Below, one piece after another: positions 1 to 10,780 of a DNA stretch of 64,000 bases (positions are counted from its first letter, which is position 1; each line of letters opens with the position of its first letter). Source of the DNA: Thermodesulfobacteriota bacterium (GTDB lineage: Bacteria > Desulfobacterota > BSN033 > UBA1163). The stretch is taken from positions 85,580-149,579 of the forward strand of contig JBHGBJ010000004.1 in NCBI GenBank assembly GCA_041947025.1, read 5' to 3'. The position numbers were made by a program, and so were the translations under genes. Under the pieces are notes generated by a model, which ran no database searches, was not told the origin of the DNA, and was given only the letters and a program-made list of their open reading frames with translations.

Positions 1-3000
1 CAGCCCACGATTCCAGGAAGAACTGGAATCCTTATTCCAGTCTCCCTTCGATATCTTATGTCTCTCCTCGGACTATGATCCCGATAAGGGATACTACCCG
101 ACAACGGACGCGGTGCCCGCCGTCCATCGCTTTCTGGTCGGCCGAAAGCTGCGCCATCGGTTTTCGATCCTTGCCGCAGGAGGGATCCGTTCCGCGGCCG
201 ATTCTCAAAAGACGATCCAGCGGGGCGCCAACGGAATCAAGATCGACTGGCCGGTCCTGATGACAGCGGACCCCATGGCCCGGCAGAAATTTCTGAAGAA
301 AGAACCGATCCAGATTTCAAACGATGCCGGGGCCCTCGCGAAACGTATCGCCAACATCATCCGGGTCTGGAACGTTCAGATGATCGAAGTTCTCGGCGCT
401 TCGGGGTTTAAAGAGATCAGAAAGACCGTGGGCGAGGAGAACCGTCTGCTCATATTCGACGACCTGGAGGAAAGAATCTACGATCACTTCAAGAATCAAG
501 ACCGCCTGGAGCGAAACCGCAAGACCAATCAGGCGCGGATTCAGAGAGAAGGGAACGGGTACGGATGGCGATACAGCCAGTTGAAGAACCTGATCCAGAC
601 CTCCCCGCTTCCCCACCGGTTTTACAATTGCGACCTCAGGCCTTCGTGTTATCGCATCTTCGACCGCGATCACGTCTGGCCGGCATCTCTGATCGCTTCC
701 GTGGGGAGGATGGCCAGCGGCGATCGCGACACCCTCCTCCTGGGCCGTACGGAAGAACGGGGGAATCTCGGCGATGGTTTCGACTTTATCAATGTTCTCT
801 TCCAGGACAACCCTGACAGGGTTCCAGAGGAAAAGCTCGACGAAGTATCCACCGGACTCCAGATCGCCCCGCAATTGAAACTGAAAGCCCCCTTCGTGGG
901 AGCCGGAATGTCTGTCGGCTCCATTGGCCCGGGCACGTGGCGTGCCCGCGTCCTGGCAAGCCGCGCCCTTGAGACCCAGATGGATACCGGCGAGGGAGGA
1001 TACCCCACGATCTTCATCCTCGATGCAAAGTGGAACCCTCTGGACCTCACGGACCATCAGGTGACCCTTTTGGGCAAACTGATGGAGGAAAGAAAACTGA
1101 TCCCGGTGGAGGACCTGGTCAAACGGGTCCACCAGGAAATGGATGAGTCTCCTGAATATCAGGAGCTGCTGGATGCCCTGAGCAGATATCCGGCTTCGAT
1201 GCCGGTCCAGTTCGTTCCCATCGTGACGCCCGAAGACCAGCCTTATGTCTCGACACAGCTTAAGACCGGGCTCTTCGGGGTAACGAAGGAGACGATTCGC
1301 CGGGCCCGTCGCGTGGTGATTGCTTACAGCCAGGGAGCCAAGCAAGGCGTGGGCGGCCATTTGCTGGGAAGGAAAGTCTTCGGACTCGTGTCCCGGCTGA
1401 GAGGGGTAGGCGAAGGGATCAGCCTAATCTCTCCTTTTCCCTTCCATAACTGTTATTCGATCGAAGACGTCAAGGCCTTCATCGATGCGGTGCGCATGAT
1501 CAACCGCCACACCACGATCTGTATCAAGGTCTCCCCCTCCCCGGACATCGAATTCATCTGCGCAGGCCTTGCCCGGATCGCCAAAGACAACCAGATGGTC
1601 ATCGAGATCTGGCTGGATGGGCCCCGCGGGGGGACCGGTGCAGCCCCCGATATTATCAAGGGCCAGATGGGAATGCACATGGAGTATGCCATCCCCATCT
1701 GCCACGAAAAACTGATGGATGATGGATTGAGGGATCATGTTGTCTTCATGGGAAGCGGTGGGTTCCGCACCTGGGGAGACGTCGTGAAAGGAGTAGCCCT
1801 GGGACTGGATGGCGTCATCCTGGGTACAGCCGACCTCGTGGCCATCGGTTGCGTCCGGGATCGAAACTGCGAATCAGGATGCCGGAGCGGTATCTCCACC
1901 ATTGAGCCCAAGATGCAGCTCTTGCGCGACGTCGAAATCAACACCCGGCAGATCATCAACTTCCGGGCCATTCTCCAAGCCCAGACCGCAAGAGCTCTTG
2001 CCGCTCTCCACATGAAAGACCTGAGACAGCTCCGGGGCCGTTATGACCTGATCGAATGGCCTCTGCTCGAAGAAAGGGTCCGGCAGCGCCGCCAGCGGAG
2101 GGCCGAGGCCTTCTCGCCTCATCCCTCCGCCAGACAAGAAGAAGAGGGGCTGCGGCCGGAGCCGCAAAGAGAAAATACGATCCCCGTGCCCTCGGATTGC
2201 GGAGTCGCCGCGATCGTCTCCAACCATTTCATTCCGAGCCACGTCATGGATCTGATGCTCGACCGGATGGCGAACCGCGGCATGGACGGCGTCGGCATCT
2301 GGAAAGGAGGGTGCTATCCCTCTCATATGGATCGGTATGCCTTGCATGTTCTCATCAAGGGCAGCCTTCAATCCGACCTGGAACAGGAATATCAATCCCG
2401 AGATCCGGATATTGATCCTGCAGAAATACGGCGCCGGGCCAGGCAGGAGATCCTGGCCAAACGCTGTCAAATCATGAAGGGGATCTCCGACCACTACTTT
2501 AAAGGTCTCGAACTGAACGATTTCGGCAACGACTTTGAGAAGTGCCGTATCCCGTACAAGCGCGATCCAGAAGGTCACGAACAGGACTTTCGCCTCTTCG
2601 GTGAAAAGGATCCGGGGGATGTGTTTCGTTTCTTCGCACGGGTGCGACGGGAAGAACTCTATCGCTTCATCGAAAACGTCCTGTTGAACGATACCATCTG
2701 GCCGCCCCGTCAGATGCGCTATCGCCAGGTCACAAAAGAAAATTATAGAGGCTACACCGATTTTCTCTGCGAGGCTGAAGATGAGTATATTTACCGGCTC
2801 AGCCGCAGGATCACCCGCGAGAACTATGCCGAAGTTCGTGAGAAGAAGGCGGCGGTCCTTTCCTGCGGAAAAAACTCCGGCTGCTGGAAGAGTGACGGCC
2901 GCCACATCCCGTGGGAACTTCCCGAGGCACCGGTCAACGTCATCCACCGACGGCTCGCCACGGGCTCTGTGGTGGACCAGATGAACGCTCATCCTTTTGC

Positions 3001-4801
3001 CGAGCTGCACACGGCCCTCACCCATAACGGGGAAACAACCAATTACCGCACCATGCTGAACCGGGTCTTGCAGTTCAATCTCTCACCTCTTGCTCAGACC
3101 GATACAGCAGTGGCTTCCCTGAAGCTCCATCTGCTCAGCCAATACCTCCATTATCCTTTCGATGCCCTGGTCGAATCTTTCTCGCCCACGACCGGGTGGA
3201 ACCTGACCCAGCTGCCGCCTGATGTGGCAGAGCGGTTCCAACGGGTGCAGGAAGTGGAGTTGGAGAGTGCTCCGGACGGGCCTTACCAGTATCTCTGCGG
3301 CCGCATCGATCCCTACCGCCGGGTGATCGAACGTTTGGATATCATCGACCCGTCACTGCTCCGACCCAATGTGGCGATGCTCTATGATGACGGGAAGAAC
3401 TTCGTCAGCATCATCTGCTCCGAAAAGCAGGGGAGCGATGCCGGGATTCAGGAGCTTTATCGACTCGGATTGATGCAGAGCACCTTCCCTCCTCTCACCT
3501 TTACGGTCAAGACGGGCATGGTGAGCAGGGTCTTCTATGACGAGAAGGGACAGATCACAGGACACGAAGTGCTCGACAAATTCGGCCAACCCATAAAGAT
3601 ACCCTGCGGGAAATTTCCCGCTTCAGAGGCTTCACCTTCATCAGGCCATCAAGGAATCGAGGCCAATCTTGGACTGGATCCTTCAATCTTCTTTAAGGAG
3701 CAATTGCCTCTCTGGGGATTTAGTGAGTTTGAATCGGCATTGGAAAAATTGAAGAAGGACCTGCCTCCTTTGCGAACGGTTGAGGAGCTCACCCAAGTGT
3801 ATGACCGTCTGCGTGCGTGGGATATCGGAAACAAAGACAGAGGGGCACTGCTGGACATTGCCCAGCGGCACATCTATCTCCTCTTGGATGGGATCGACGG
3901 TGGAAATGGAATGATCCGTGTAACTCTTGGGGAAGCGGAAAAGCTTAACCCGCCTGAAAATCCGGATCATGTGCTGGTCGTCGATGCAACGGGATTTAAA
4001 CCCGAGGGAACCGATCCTCTTCGGGTATTGAGCTGTTTCTTGGACCATAGCCATCGCATGGGGTGGAGAAAGTTCATCGTTTACAGAGTGACGGGCCAGC
4101 GAGGCATCGGCATGGGAACGGGCTCGGGCTCAACCGTTGATACGGTCCTGGATGTCTTCGGAAGCCCCGGGGAGTACTGTGGGGCCTTCAACATGGGCAC
4201 CTGGGTGCGGGTCCATGGCCATGCTCAGAACTTCACCGGCATGGTGATGCATTCCGGAACGCTGGAGATTCATGGTGATGTGGGGAAGGTACCAGGATAT
4301 TCTTCAAAGGGAGGGACATTTAACATTCTCGGGAACGTGGTGGACCGAGGCTGGGTCTGTGCGGTCAGTGACCCCCGAGGTCCGGGTTTGGAAATCAATA
4401 TCGTAGGAACGGCATACGAACACCTTTGCCAGGCCTTCATGGGTGGATCCGTCATCATGCTTGGGCTCTTCCGGGGAAGCGATGGAATCCTCCGTCAAAT
4501 GGAGTCTCCCTATAGCGGAGCAAAGATCCTGGCGGGCGCCTCTGCCGGCGAGGCAATCTTCTACGATCCCCGCAAGAGACTGGAGGAGGCTCAATACAGA
4601 GGGTGTGTGGCACAGCCGATCGATGATAAGAAATGGGAGGAGATCGTCAGCCGCTTGATGAAGCTGGAGAATATCTTTGCCCTGGGCTTCTCCCGGGAAA
4701 ACAGCCACCTCGCCGTAAAGATTGGCGGCCATCCCCGGACGATCAAACCCGAAGACTTCCGATGGATTATCCCAAAAGGAGAGCTGGAGGGGTATCATTA
4801 A
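1..4801 (+). CDS. Glutamate-synthase-like multidomain fusion protein, 5' end off-window (reading frame open from nt 2). Domain order: tail of an FMN/TIM-barrel-like segment, then a complete GltB FMN domain with 3Fe-4S Cys triad, then a class-II glutamine amidotransferase domain, then the GXGXG domain
   Basis: Motifs seen in translation: GAGMSVGSIGPG...TGEGG (FMN domain start); GCVRDRNCESGCRSG (3Fe-4S Cys cluster); internal DCGVAAIVS (class-II GATase N-terminal nucleophile motif); GQRGIGMGTGSG...GNVVDRG (GXGXG domain). No in-frame stop between nt 2 and the first ATG at 113. Confidence 0.75.
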   Translation, partial: SPRFQEELESLFQSPFDILCLSSDYDPDKGYYPTTDAVPAVHRFLVGRKLRHRFSILAAGGIRSAADSQKTIQRGANGIKIDWPVLMTADPMARQKFLKKEPIQISNDAGALAKRIANIIRVWNVQMIEVLGASGFKEIRKTVGEENRLLIFDDLEERIYDHFKNQDRLERNRKTNQARIQREGNGYGWRYSQLKNLIQTSPLPHRFYNCDLRPSCYRIFDRDHVWPASLIASVGRMASGDRDTLLLGRTEERGNLGDGFDFINVLFQDNPDRVPEEKLDEVSTGLQIAPQLKLKAPFVGAGMSVGSIGPGTWRARVLASRALETQMDTGEGGYPTIFILDAKWNPLDLTDHQVTLLGKLMEERKLIPVEDLVKRVHQEMDESPEYQELLDALSRYPASMPVQFVPIVTPEDQPYVSTQLKTGLFGVTKETIRRARRVVIAYSQGAKQGVGGHLLGRKVFGLVSRLRGVGEGISLISPFPFHNCYSIEDVKAFIDAVRMINRHTTICIKVSPSPDIEFICAGLARIAKDNQMVIEIWLDGPRGGTGAAPDIIKGQMGMHMEYAIPICHEKLMDDGLRDHVVFMGSGGFRTWGDVVKGVALGLDGVILGTADLVAIGCVRDRNCESGCRSGISTIEPKMQLLRDVEINTRQIINFRAILQAQTARALAALHMKDLRQLRGRYDLIEWPLLEERVRQRRQRRAEAFSPHPSARQEEEGLRPEPQRENTIPVPSDCGVAAIVSNHFIPSHVMDLMLDRMANRGMDGVGIWKGGCYPSHMDRYALHVLIKGSLQSDLEQEYQSRDPDIDPAEIRRRARQEILAKRCQIMKGISDHYFKGLELNDFGNDFEKCRIPYKRDPEGHEQDFRLFGEKDPGDVFRFFARVRREELYRFIENVLLNDTIWPPRQMRYRQVTKENYRGYTDFLCEAEDEYIYRLSRRITRENYAEVREKKAAVLSCGKNSGCWKSDGRHIPWELPEAPVNVIHRRLATGSVVDQMNAHPFAELHTALTHNGETTNYRTMLNRVLQFNLSPLAQTDTAVASLKLHLLSQYLHYPFDALVESFSPTTGWNLTQLPPDVAERFQRVQEVELESAPDGPYQYLCGRIDPYRRVIERLDIIDPSLLRPNVAMLYDDGKNFVSIICSEKQGSDAGIQELYRLGLMQSTFPPLTFTVKTGMVSRVFYDEKGQITGHEVLDKFGQPIKIPCGKFPASEASPSSGHQGIEANLGLDPSIFFKEQLPLWGFSEFESALEKLKKDLPPLRTVEELTQVYDRLRAWDIGNKDRGALLDIAQRHIYLLLDGIDGGNGMIRVTLGEAEKLNPPENPDHVLVVDATGFKPEGTDPLRVLSCFLDHSHRMGWRKFIVYRVTGQRGIGMGTGSGSTVDTVLDVFGSPGEYCGAFNMGTWVRVHGHAQNFTGMVMHSGTLEIHGDVGKVPGYSSKGGTFNILGNVVDRGWVCAVSDPRGPGLEINIVGTAYEHLCQAFMGGSVIMLGLFRGSDGILRQMESPYSGAKILAGASAGEAIFYDPRKRLEEAQYRGCVAQPIDDKKWEEIVSRLMKLENIFALGFSRENSHLAVKIGGHPRTIKPEDFRWIIPKGELEGYH

Positions 4802-4881
4802 AAATCGGGACACATACCATTTTCCCAGCACTTATCCTTAAATAGCGGAAACATCAAAAATGGTATGTGTCCCGATTTTTT
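4801..4881. repeat. REP doublet: two inverted copies of AAAATCGGGACACATACCATTTT separated by about 27 bp, directly after the stop of the glutamate-synthase-like gene
   Basis: Exact inverted 23-mers at 4801-4826 and 4856-4881; same motif recurs at 31507, 32398, 49399 and 50954. Confidence 0.75.
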
Positions 4882-4938
4882 ACTTGAAATCACCTTGGAG
4901 ACTTGGTAGGATATGAAAAAAAAGGGGGGTGATCGGTT

Positions 4939-5226
4939 ATGGCAGTGAGGATTATCATTGATCGCAAAGTGAAGAAAGGGAAGGAATCTGATTTTGCAAA
5001 ACTGCTCAGGGAATTGAGACTGAAGGCTGTTCCGTCAAAAGGTTATATTTCCGGCGAAACGCTTCGGGCCTTGGATGATCCCTCTAACTATATTGTGATC
5101 ACCACATGGCAGAGCGCCGATGAGTGGAAGGAGTGGGAGAAGAGACCGGAGCGAAAAAAGATTCAAGCCAAGATCGAAAAACTGATGGCAAGGCCGACAA
5201 AAACGAAGATCTATTTGCATGCATGA
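4939..5226 (+). CDS. Small ABM-domain (antibiotic biosynthesis monooxygenase-like) protein
   Basis: 95 aa, ferredoxin-fold-like pattern (IIIDRKV...ITTWQSADEW), ATG start. Confidence 0.5.
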   Translation: MAVRIIIDRKVKKGKESDFAKLLRELRLKAVPSKGYISGETLRALDDPSNYIVITTWQSADEWKEWEKRPERKKIQAKIEKLMARPTKTKIYLHA

Positions 5227-5234
5227 CTTGTCAC

Positions 5235-5261
5235 CTACCCTCTCCACTCGAGAGGGTAGGA
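5235..5261. other. Perfect 11-bp-stem hairpin CCTACCCTCTC-cactc-GAGAGGGTAGG just after the ABM gene stop
   Basis: Inverted repeat read directly; no U-tract follows. Confidence 0.35.
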
Positions 5262-5278
5262 AAGAAACGGGAAATTTC

Positions 5279-5402
5279 TTGACAAAGAATTCGGGCCATG
5301 TTAACTTTTTCCGAGTGATTTGAGAAGATAATTTATGCTTGAGCCAGTAAAACGAAATCGAGGACCCTCGATCCTGGTCAATCGGGATCGGGGGTCTTTT
5401 TT
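5279..5402 (+). promoter_or_regulatory. Putative promoter (TTGACA, 17-bp spacer, TGtTAACTT), a short 30-codon leader ORF and an intrinsic terminator (GACCCTCGATCC-loop-GGATCGGGGGTC followed by T7) upstream of carA; candidate transcription attenuator
   Basis: Sequence features read directly; terminator stem 12 bp with one mismatch followed by TTTTTTT at 5396-5402, 55 bp before the carA ATG. Confidence 0.4.
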
Positions 5403-5456
5403 TATGGAAAACTTACTTCCCCTTTAGTTGGCATGGGTATTTGTTAGGAGAACTTA

Positions 5457-6599
5457 ATGAAGAACAGTCAAAAAGCCCTGTTGGCCCTGGAGGATGGAAC
5501 TGTATTCGAAGGAAACTCCTTTGGGTTTGCCGGAGAAAGAGCCGGGGAGCTGGTTTTCAACACCAGCATGACAGGCTATCAGGAGATCCTGACCGACCCC
5601 TCGTACAAGGGACAGATCGTCATCATGACCTACCCTCTTATCGGCAATTATGGTGTCAATGAAGAAGATATGGAATCTCAGGAGCCGAAGGTGGAGGCCT
5701 TTGTCGTCAAGGAGAACAGCTCCCTTGCCAGCAACTGGCGAAGCGGCGCGTCCCTCTCCGATTATCTGATAAAGCACCGCATTATGGGCGTCGAGGCTAT
5801 GGATACGCGGGCCCTCACCAAGCATATCCGGCAAACAGGGGCAATGAAAGCCGTTCTCTCCACGGCGGACCTCGACCGGAATCGGTTGGTCGAAAAAGCC
5901 CGAACATCTCCCGGCCTGATCGGATGGGATCTGGTCAAGGAAGTAACTTGCCAGGCGCCCTATTCGTGGACCGCTGGAAACGACCCCCTGTTCAAGAGCC
6001 CTGACGCTCAGCCCTCTTCCTCCAGCTTTCAGCCGAGGGTCGTCGTTTTAGACTGCGGTGTGAAGCAGAACATCCTCCGCTCCCTCCGGGACCGGAATTG
6101 CAAGGTCTTTGTCCTGCCCGCCTCTGCCTCTGAAGAATCGGTCCTCTCCTATCGACCTGACGGAATCCTTCTCTCAAACGGCCCGGGCGATCCGGAAGGT
6201 GTCCCCTACACCATCGAAACGGTCCGCCATCTCATGGGAAAAAAACCGATCTTCGGAATCTGTCTGGGACACCAGCTCCTGGGCCTCGCCATGGGTGGGA
6301 GGACCTTCAAGTTGAAGTTCGGCCATCGAGGAGCCAATCAACCCGTTAAAGACCTTAAGAGCGGAAGGGTAATGATCACTTCCCAGAACCATGGGTTCTG
6401 CGTGGACCCCGATTCGTTGAATCCGAAAGAAGTCGAATTGACCCAGATCAATCTCAATGACCGAACGTCGGAAGGGATGAGGCACAAGAATCTTCCCGTC
6501 TTCTCGGTGCAATATCATCCCGAGGCCTCCCCAGGCCCTCACGACACACAGGGTTTATTCGATGAGTTCGTGAAGATGATGGAGTTACATAGAAAATAG
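5457..6599 (+). CDS. carA: Carbamoyl-phosphate synthase small (glutamine amidotransferase) subunit
   Basis: 380 aa; CarA N-terminal domain plus class-I GATase with catalytic GICLGHQ motif. Confidence 0.9.
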   Translation: MKNSQKALLALEDGTVFEGNSFGFAGERAGELVFNTSMTGYQEILTDPSYKGQIVIMTYPLIGNYGVNEEDMESQEPKVEAFVVKENSSLASNWRSGASLSDYLIKHRIMGVEAMDTRALTKHIRQTGAMKAVLSTADLDRNRLVEKARTSPGLIGWDLVKEVTCQAPYSWTAGNDPLFKSPDAQPSSSSFQPRVVVLDCGVKQNILRSLRDRNCKVFVLPASASEESVLSYRPDGILLSNGPGDPEGVPYTIETVRHLMGKKPIFGICLGHQLLGLAMGGRTFKLKFGHRGANQPVKDLKSGRVMITSQNHGFCVDPDSLNPKEVELTQINLNDRTSEGMRHKNLPVFSVQYHPEASPGPHDTQGLFDEFVKMMELHRK

Positions 6600-6604
6600 A
6601 TTCT

Positions 6605-6770
6605 CAAATCCCTACCCCCCCTCCCATTACGAAAGGGAGGGCAACCTCCCCCTTTGGCAAAGGGGGATTGAGGGGGATTTACATGGAAATTGAATATTGA
6701 AATTTATTTGGAATTTGCCTGCCTGCGGTTGGCAGGGGATTTGGTTATTGGGATTTCACTTGAGGACGGC
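6605..6770. repeat. Intergenic repeat block: three GC hairpins (CCCTCCC...GGGAGGG; CCCCCTTTggCAAAGGGGG; GCCTGCCTGcggttGGCAGGGG) followed by GGAATTT/GGATTTG heptamer-like repeats
   Basis: Palindromes read directly; the GCCTGCCTG..GGCAGGGG core recurs at about 22780, 25606, 27645 and 41075. Confidence 0.55.
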
Positions 6771-6772
6771 TT

Positions 6773-9700
6773 ATGCCTAAGCGAACCGATATCAAAAGAA
6801 TTCTGATCATTGGCTCGGGCCCGATTGTGATCAGCCAGGCCTGTGAATTTGACTACTCCGGGACACAGGCCTGCAAGGCCCTGAAGGAAGAGGGCTTCGA
6901 GGTGGTGCTGGTCAATTCCAACCCGGCCACGATCATGACCGACCCGGAAATGGCTGACCGTACCTATATCGAGCCGATCACCCCGGAAATCTTGGAAAAG
7001 ATCATCGAACGGGAAAGGCCCGATGCCCTTCTCCCTACCCTCGGCGGTCAGACCGGTCTCAATGTCTCCGTTGCCCTCTATGAGTCCGGTGTCCTTTCGA
7101 GATACGGCGTCAAGATGATCGGGGCCAACTACGAGGCCATTAAGAAAGGAGAGGACAGAAAGCTCTTCAAAGAATCGATGAAGAAAATCGGCCTCGATCT
7201 TCCGAAAAGCGGCCTCGCCTATACTCTGAAGGAATCCCTTGAAGTGGCCAAGGAGATCGGTTTCCCCGTGATCATCCGGCCGAGTTTCACGCTGGGAGGA
7301 ACCGGAAGTGGTGTCGCCTACAATATCGAAGAGTTCGAAAAGCAGGCTGCCCGAGGCCTTGAATGGAGCATGATCGGAGAGATCCTGATCGAGGAATCGG
7401 TTCTCGGCTGGAAAGAGTTTGAGCTGGAAGTGATGAGGGACCTTCATGACAACGTCGTCATTATCTGCTCCATCGAGAACTTCGACCCCATGGGGATCCA
7501 TACGGGAGACAGCATCACCGTCGCTCCCGCCCAAACCCTGACGGACAAAGAATATCAGAGGATGAGGGATGGTGCCATCCGGGCCATCCGGGAGATCGGT
7601 GTCGAGACAGGAGGATCCAACATTCAATTTGCGATTAACCCTGAAGACGGACGGATGGTGATCATCGAGATGAACCCGAGGGTCTCCCGGTCCTCTGCCC
7701 TAGCCTCCAAGGCCACAGGATTTCCCATCGCGAAGATTGCAGCCAAGCTTGCTGTTGGTTACGCGCTCGACGAAATCCCAAATGACATTACGAAAAAGAC
7801 GCCCGCTTCCTTCGAGCCCACCATCGATTATTGTGTGGTCAAGATCCCACGATTCACCTTTGAAAAATTTCCGGGAGCAGACCCCACCCTGACGACCTCC
7901 ATGAAATCGGTCGGCGAGACCATGGCGATCGGCCGGACCTTCAAGGAAGCCCTCCAAAAGGGCCTTCGATCTCTTGAGATCGGGAGAGCCGGTCTGGGTG
8001 CAGACGGCAAGGATAAATTCCCCTTCCCTCCCGGGGTGGTTAAAGAGGCCCTCCGGAAGAGGACCCTTGAAGAGGTCAGAAAAAAACTGACCACCCCGAA
8101 TGCGGAAAGGATTTTCACGATCCGGCATGCTTTGCTCCTGGGAATGAAGATCGAGGAGATTTACGATCTGACAAAGATCGATCCATGGTTCCTCACCAAT
8201 ATCCAGGAGATCATCGAGCTTGAAAAAGAGATCCAGTCCTATGGGACGGAGATGAAAGACCTCGAACTCTGGAAAGCCCAGGCCCCTCATCAGCCTCACC
8301 TTCCGGAAAATCTTTTGAAAAAGGCAAAGGAGTTTGGTTTCTCCGATCGGCAGCTCGGATATCTCCTTGGCGTGGATGAGGCAGCCATCCGAAATATGGT
8401 GAAAGAAAAAGGCATTCTCCCCACTTATAAATTGGTGGACACCTGCGGAGCAGAGTTTGAGGCCTATACCCCTTATTACTACTCCACTTACGAAACGGAG
8501 AGCGAGGCTAAGATCTCTTCGAGAAAGAAAATAATGATTCTGGGAGGAGGTCCAAACCGGATCGGGCAAGGGGTTGAATTCGACTATTGCTGCGTTCACG
8601 CCTCATTCGCTCTGAAGGAGTTGGGCTATGAAACGATCATGGTCAATTCCAATCCGGAAACCGTTTCGACGGACTATGATACCTCGGATAAGCTCTATTT
8701 CGAGCCCCTTACCCTCGAGGATGTCTTCCATATCGTTGAGATCGAAAGGCCCGACGGCGTGATTGTCCAATTCGGAGGACAGACGCCTCTTAATCTTGCA
8801 GTCCCCTTGGAGAAAATGGGAGCGAAGATTATCGGAACGACTCCTGACAATATCGACCGGGCAGAAGACCGAAAACGTTTCCAGGCCCTCCTCAATAAGC
8901 TCGGCCTTGTCCAGCCCCTCAATGGCACGGCGAGATCGATCGACGAAGCCAAGAGGGTAGCTGATGAGATCGGTTACCCTGTCGTTGTCCGGCCGTCCTA
9001 CGTGTTAGGGGGAAGGGCCATGGAAATTGTTTATGATGAGTCATCTTTGGAAGGCTTCGTTCACCGTGCTGTGGAGGCTTCTTCCGAGCATCCCGTTCTG
9101 ATCGATAAGTTTTTGGAAGATGCGATTGAGATCGATGTCGATGCCGTGGCCGATGGAGAATCCTGTATCATCGCCGGCATCATGGAACATATCGAACAGG
9201 CCGGGATTCATTCCGGAGACAGCGCCTGTGTCACGCCTCCTTTTTCTTTGAGCGACGAACTGATCGAAGAGCTCAAACAGAACACCTATGCTCTGGCCAG
9301 GGAGCTTCGTGTCGTGGGTCTGATGAACATCCAGTATGCGATCAAGAATGACGCCGTCTACATCCTTGAAGTCAATCCTCGGGCCTCCCGCACCGTCCCT
9401 TTCATCAGCAAGGCCACGGGCGTTCCATGGGCGAAGGTCGCAGCCAAATTGATGGTGGGAATGGGTCTCCGTCAACTGGGCATCGGTAAAGAGGTCCAAA
9501 TCCGCCATATGGCTGTAAAAGAATCCGTCTTCCCCTTCAACCGTTTTTACGGGACCGACACGGTGTTGGGCCCGGAGATGAAGTCAACAGGAGAGGTGAT
9601 GGGCATTGACGCCGATTTTGGAATGGCTTTTGCCAAGTCTCAAATCGGCGCAGGACTCGATATCCCTTTGAAAGGAAGGGTCTTCATCAGCGTCATGAAC

Positions 9701-10126
9701 AAGGACAAGCGATCGATCATCTTTGTCGCCAAGAAGTTGATCGATCTGAGTTTCGAGATCGTGGCCACCAAGGGAACGGCTAAGGTTCTGGCCAATAACG
9801 GCATTCCTGTCCAGACCGTCTTCAAGTTCGGTGAAGGAAGACCGGATATTGTCGATAAAATTAAGAATGGAGAGATCGACCTCGTCATCAATACGCCGAG
9901 CGGTAAGAAACCCAAAGCGGACGAAGTGGCCATCCGGAGCGAATCCGTCGCCCATAACATTCCATGCGTCACCACCCTCTTCGGTGCGGAAGCAGTGGTC
10001 AACGGGATCGAATCCCTGAAAAGAGGAATGTCCGTGAAATCCATCCAGGAATACCATCTGGCCATCAAACAGGAAGAAACTTCCCGTGAAGTTTCTCGCC
10101 TCCATCAACCCTCTTCCAGAATTTAA
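6773..10126 (+). CDS. carB: Carbamoyl-phosphate synthase large subunit
   Basis: 1117 aa; duplicated ATP-grasp halves, oligomerisation domain and MGS-like C-terminal domain; N-terminus [30 protein letters not shown]-like. Confidence 0.92.
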   Translation: MPKRTDIKRILIIGSGPIVISQACEFDYSGTQACKALKEEGFEVVLVNSNPATIMTDPEMADRTYIEPITPEILEKIIERERPDALLPTLGGQTGLNVSVALYESGVLSRYGVKMIGANYEAIKKGEDRKLFKESMKKIGLDLPKSGLAYTLKESLEVAKEIGFPVIIRPSFTLGGTGSGVAYNIEEFEKQAARGLEWSMIGEILIEESVLGWKEFELEVMRDLHDNVVIICSIENFDPMGIHTGDSITVAPAQTLTDKEYQRMRDGAIRAIREIGVETGGSNIQFAINPEDGRMVIIEMNPRVSRSSALASKATGFPIAKIAAKLAVGYALDEIPNDITKKTPASFEPTIDYCVVKIPRFTFEKFPGADPTLTTSMKSVGETMAIGRTFKEALQKGLRSLEIGRAGLGADGKDKFPFPPGVVKEALRKRTLEEVRKKLTTPNAERIFTIRHALLLGMKIEEIYDLTKIDPWFLTNIQEIIELEKEIQSYGTEMKDLELWKAQAPHQPHLPENLLKKAKEFGFSDRQLGYLLGVDEAAIRNMVKEKGILPTYKLVDTCGAEFEAYTPYYYSTYETESEAKISSRKKIMILGGGPNRIGQGVEFDYCCVHASFALKELGYETIMVNSNPETVSTDYDTSDKLYFEPLTLEDVFHIVEIERPDGVIVQFGGQTPLNLAVPLEKMGAKIIGTTPDNIDRAEDRKRFQALLNKLGLVQPLNGTARSIDEAKRVADEIGYPVVVRPSYVLGGRAMEIVYDESSLEGFVHRAVEASSEHPVLIDKFLEDAIEIDVDAVADGESCIIAGIMEHIEQAGIHSGDSACVTPPFSLSDELIEELKQNTYALARELRVVGLMNIQYAIKNDAVYILEVNPRASRTVPFISKATGVPWAKVAAKLMVGMGLRQLGIGKEVQIRHMAVKESVFPFNRFYGTDTVLGPEMKSTGEVMGIDADFGMAFAKSQIGAGLDIPLKGRVFISVMNKDKRSIIFVAKKLIDLSFEIVATKGTAKVLANNGIPVQTVFKFGEGRPDIVDKIKNGEIDLVINTPSGKKPKADEVAIRSESVAHNIPCVTTLFGAEAVVNGIESLKRGMSVKSIQEYHLAIKQEETSREVSRLHQPSSRI

Positions 10127-10260
10127 CCACCGTCTCGTCTTTATCATTCCGGACTCGATCTCGGTACGAGTCGATTCCGACCGAAATCCAGGGGGTTCCT
10201 TTCATGAAAAAAAGACCTCGGAGGATACACCGATCTTAGTGAATTCAAGGAAGGATAGAA

Positions 10261-10587
10261 TTACAGATGGAACATTCCTTTTAAGATTGACTTGAGTGGG
10301 TCTATTTCTTTTCTTTCTATTGTTCCTAACTTCCTTATTACAAATCGCTTTTCTATTGTTGCCTGTTTACCGAGCCGAATATACGATTCCCCAAGAAGAC
10401 CGCACTTCTTCCAATCACGAACCTTATAATCCGTTTCGCTTCTATATTCCTGAGTTGTTACTCTCCCAACAACGATATCCTGATCACCTGAATCAAACAA
10501 GACAATCGCGGGCCTCTTCGATACTCCCTGAAGATCCGTATGTGGGAATCCAATAAGAACAATGTCTCCAAAATTATAGGTTATCAT
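10261..10587 (-). CDS. mazF: MazF/PemK-family type II toxin (endoribonuclease)
   Basis: 108 aa; GDIVLIGFP...SKRPAIVL motif characteristic of the PemK/MazF fold; overlaps the upstream small gene by 14 nt. Confidence 0.65.
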   Translation of the reverse strand: MITYNFGDIVLIGFPHTDLQGVSKRPAIVLFDSGDQDIVVGRVTTQEYRSETDYKVRDWKKCGLLGESYIRLGKQATIEKRFVIRKLGTIERKEIDPLKSILKGMFHL

Positions 10588-10780
10588 AGATGGCGTCTTT
10601 CTCTGAATACCCCTTCAAGAATTGAGATATCGACAACTGATCCCATGTCTTTTCATCCTCGTCAAACAGAAGCATGACCCTTATCTTGGAATCCGCTTTA
10701 AGTTTGGCTTTGAGGTCCTCGGGCAGGGATAAATGTCCATCCGGCAGGATCTCGCCATAATACTCATAAGCTTTCATCAA
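10574..10780 (-). CDS. Putative antitoxin (AbrB/MazE-like) partner of MazF
   Basis: 68 aa, acidic C-terminus, immediately upstream of and overlapping the mazF-like gene on the same strand. Confidence 0.45.
   Translation of the reverse strand: MMKAYEYYGEILPDGHLSLPEDLKAKLKADSKIRVMLLFDEDEKTWDQLSISQFLKGYSEKDAIYDNL

Noticed and set aside
317-3025. Long minus-strand ORFs (317-1360, 1874-3025) inside the glutamate-synthase-like gene
   Set aside because: They are antisense to a strongly motif-supported CDS, carry no motifs, and are a typical GC-rich antisense-frame artefact.
7700-10147. Minus-strand ORFs within carB (7700-8599, 9041-9508, 9584-10147)
   Set aside because: They are antisense to a high-confidence carB.
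10126-10261. Possible tRNA-like segment (GGTACGAGTCGATTCCGACCG)
   Set aside because: No acceptor/anticodon cloverleaf could be built. It only superficially resembles a T-arm.
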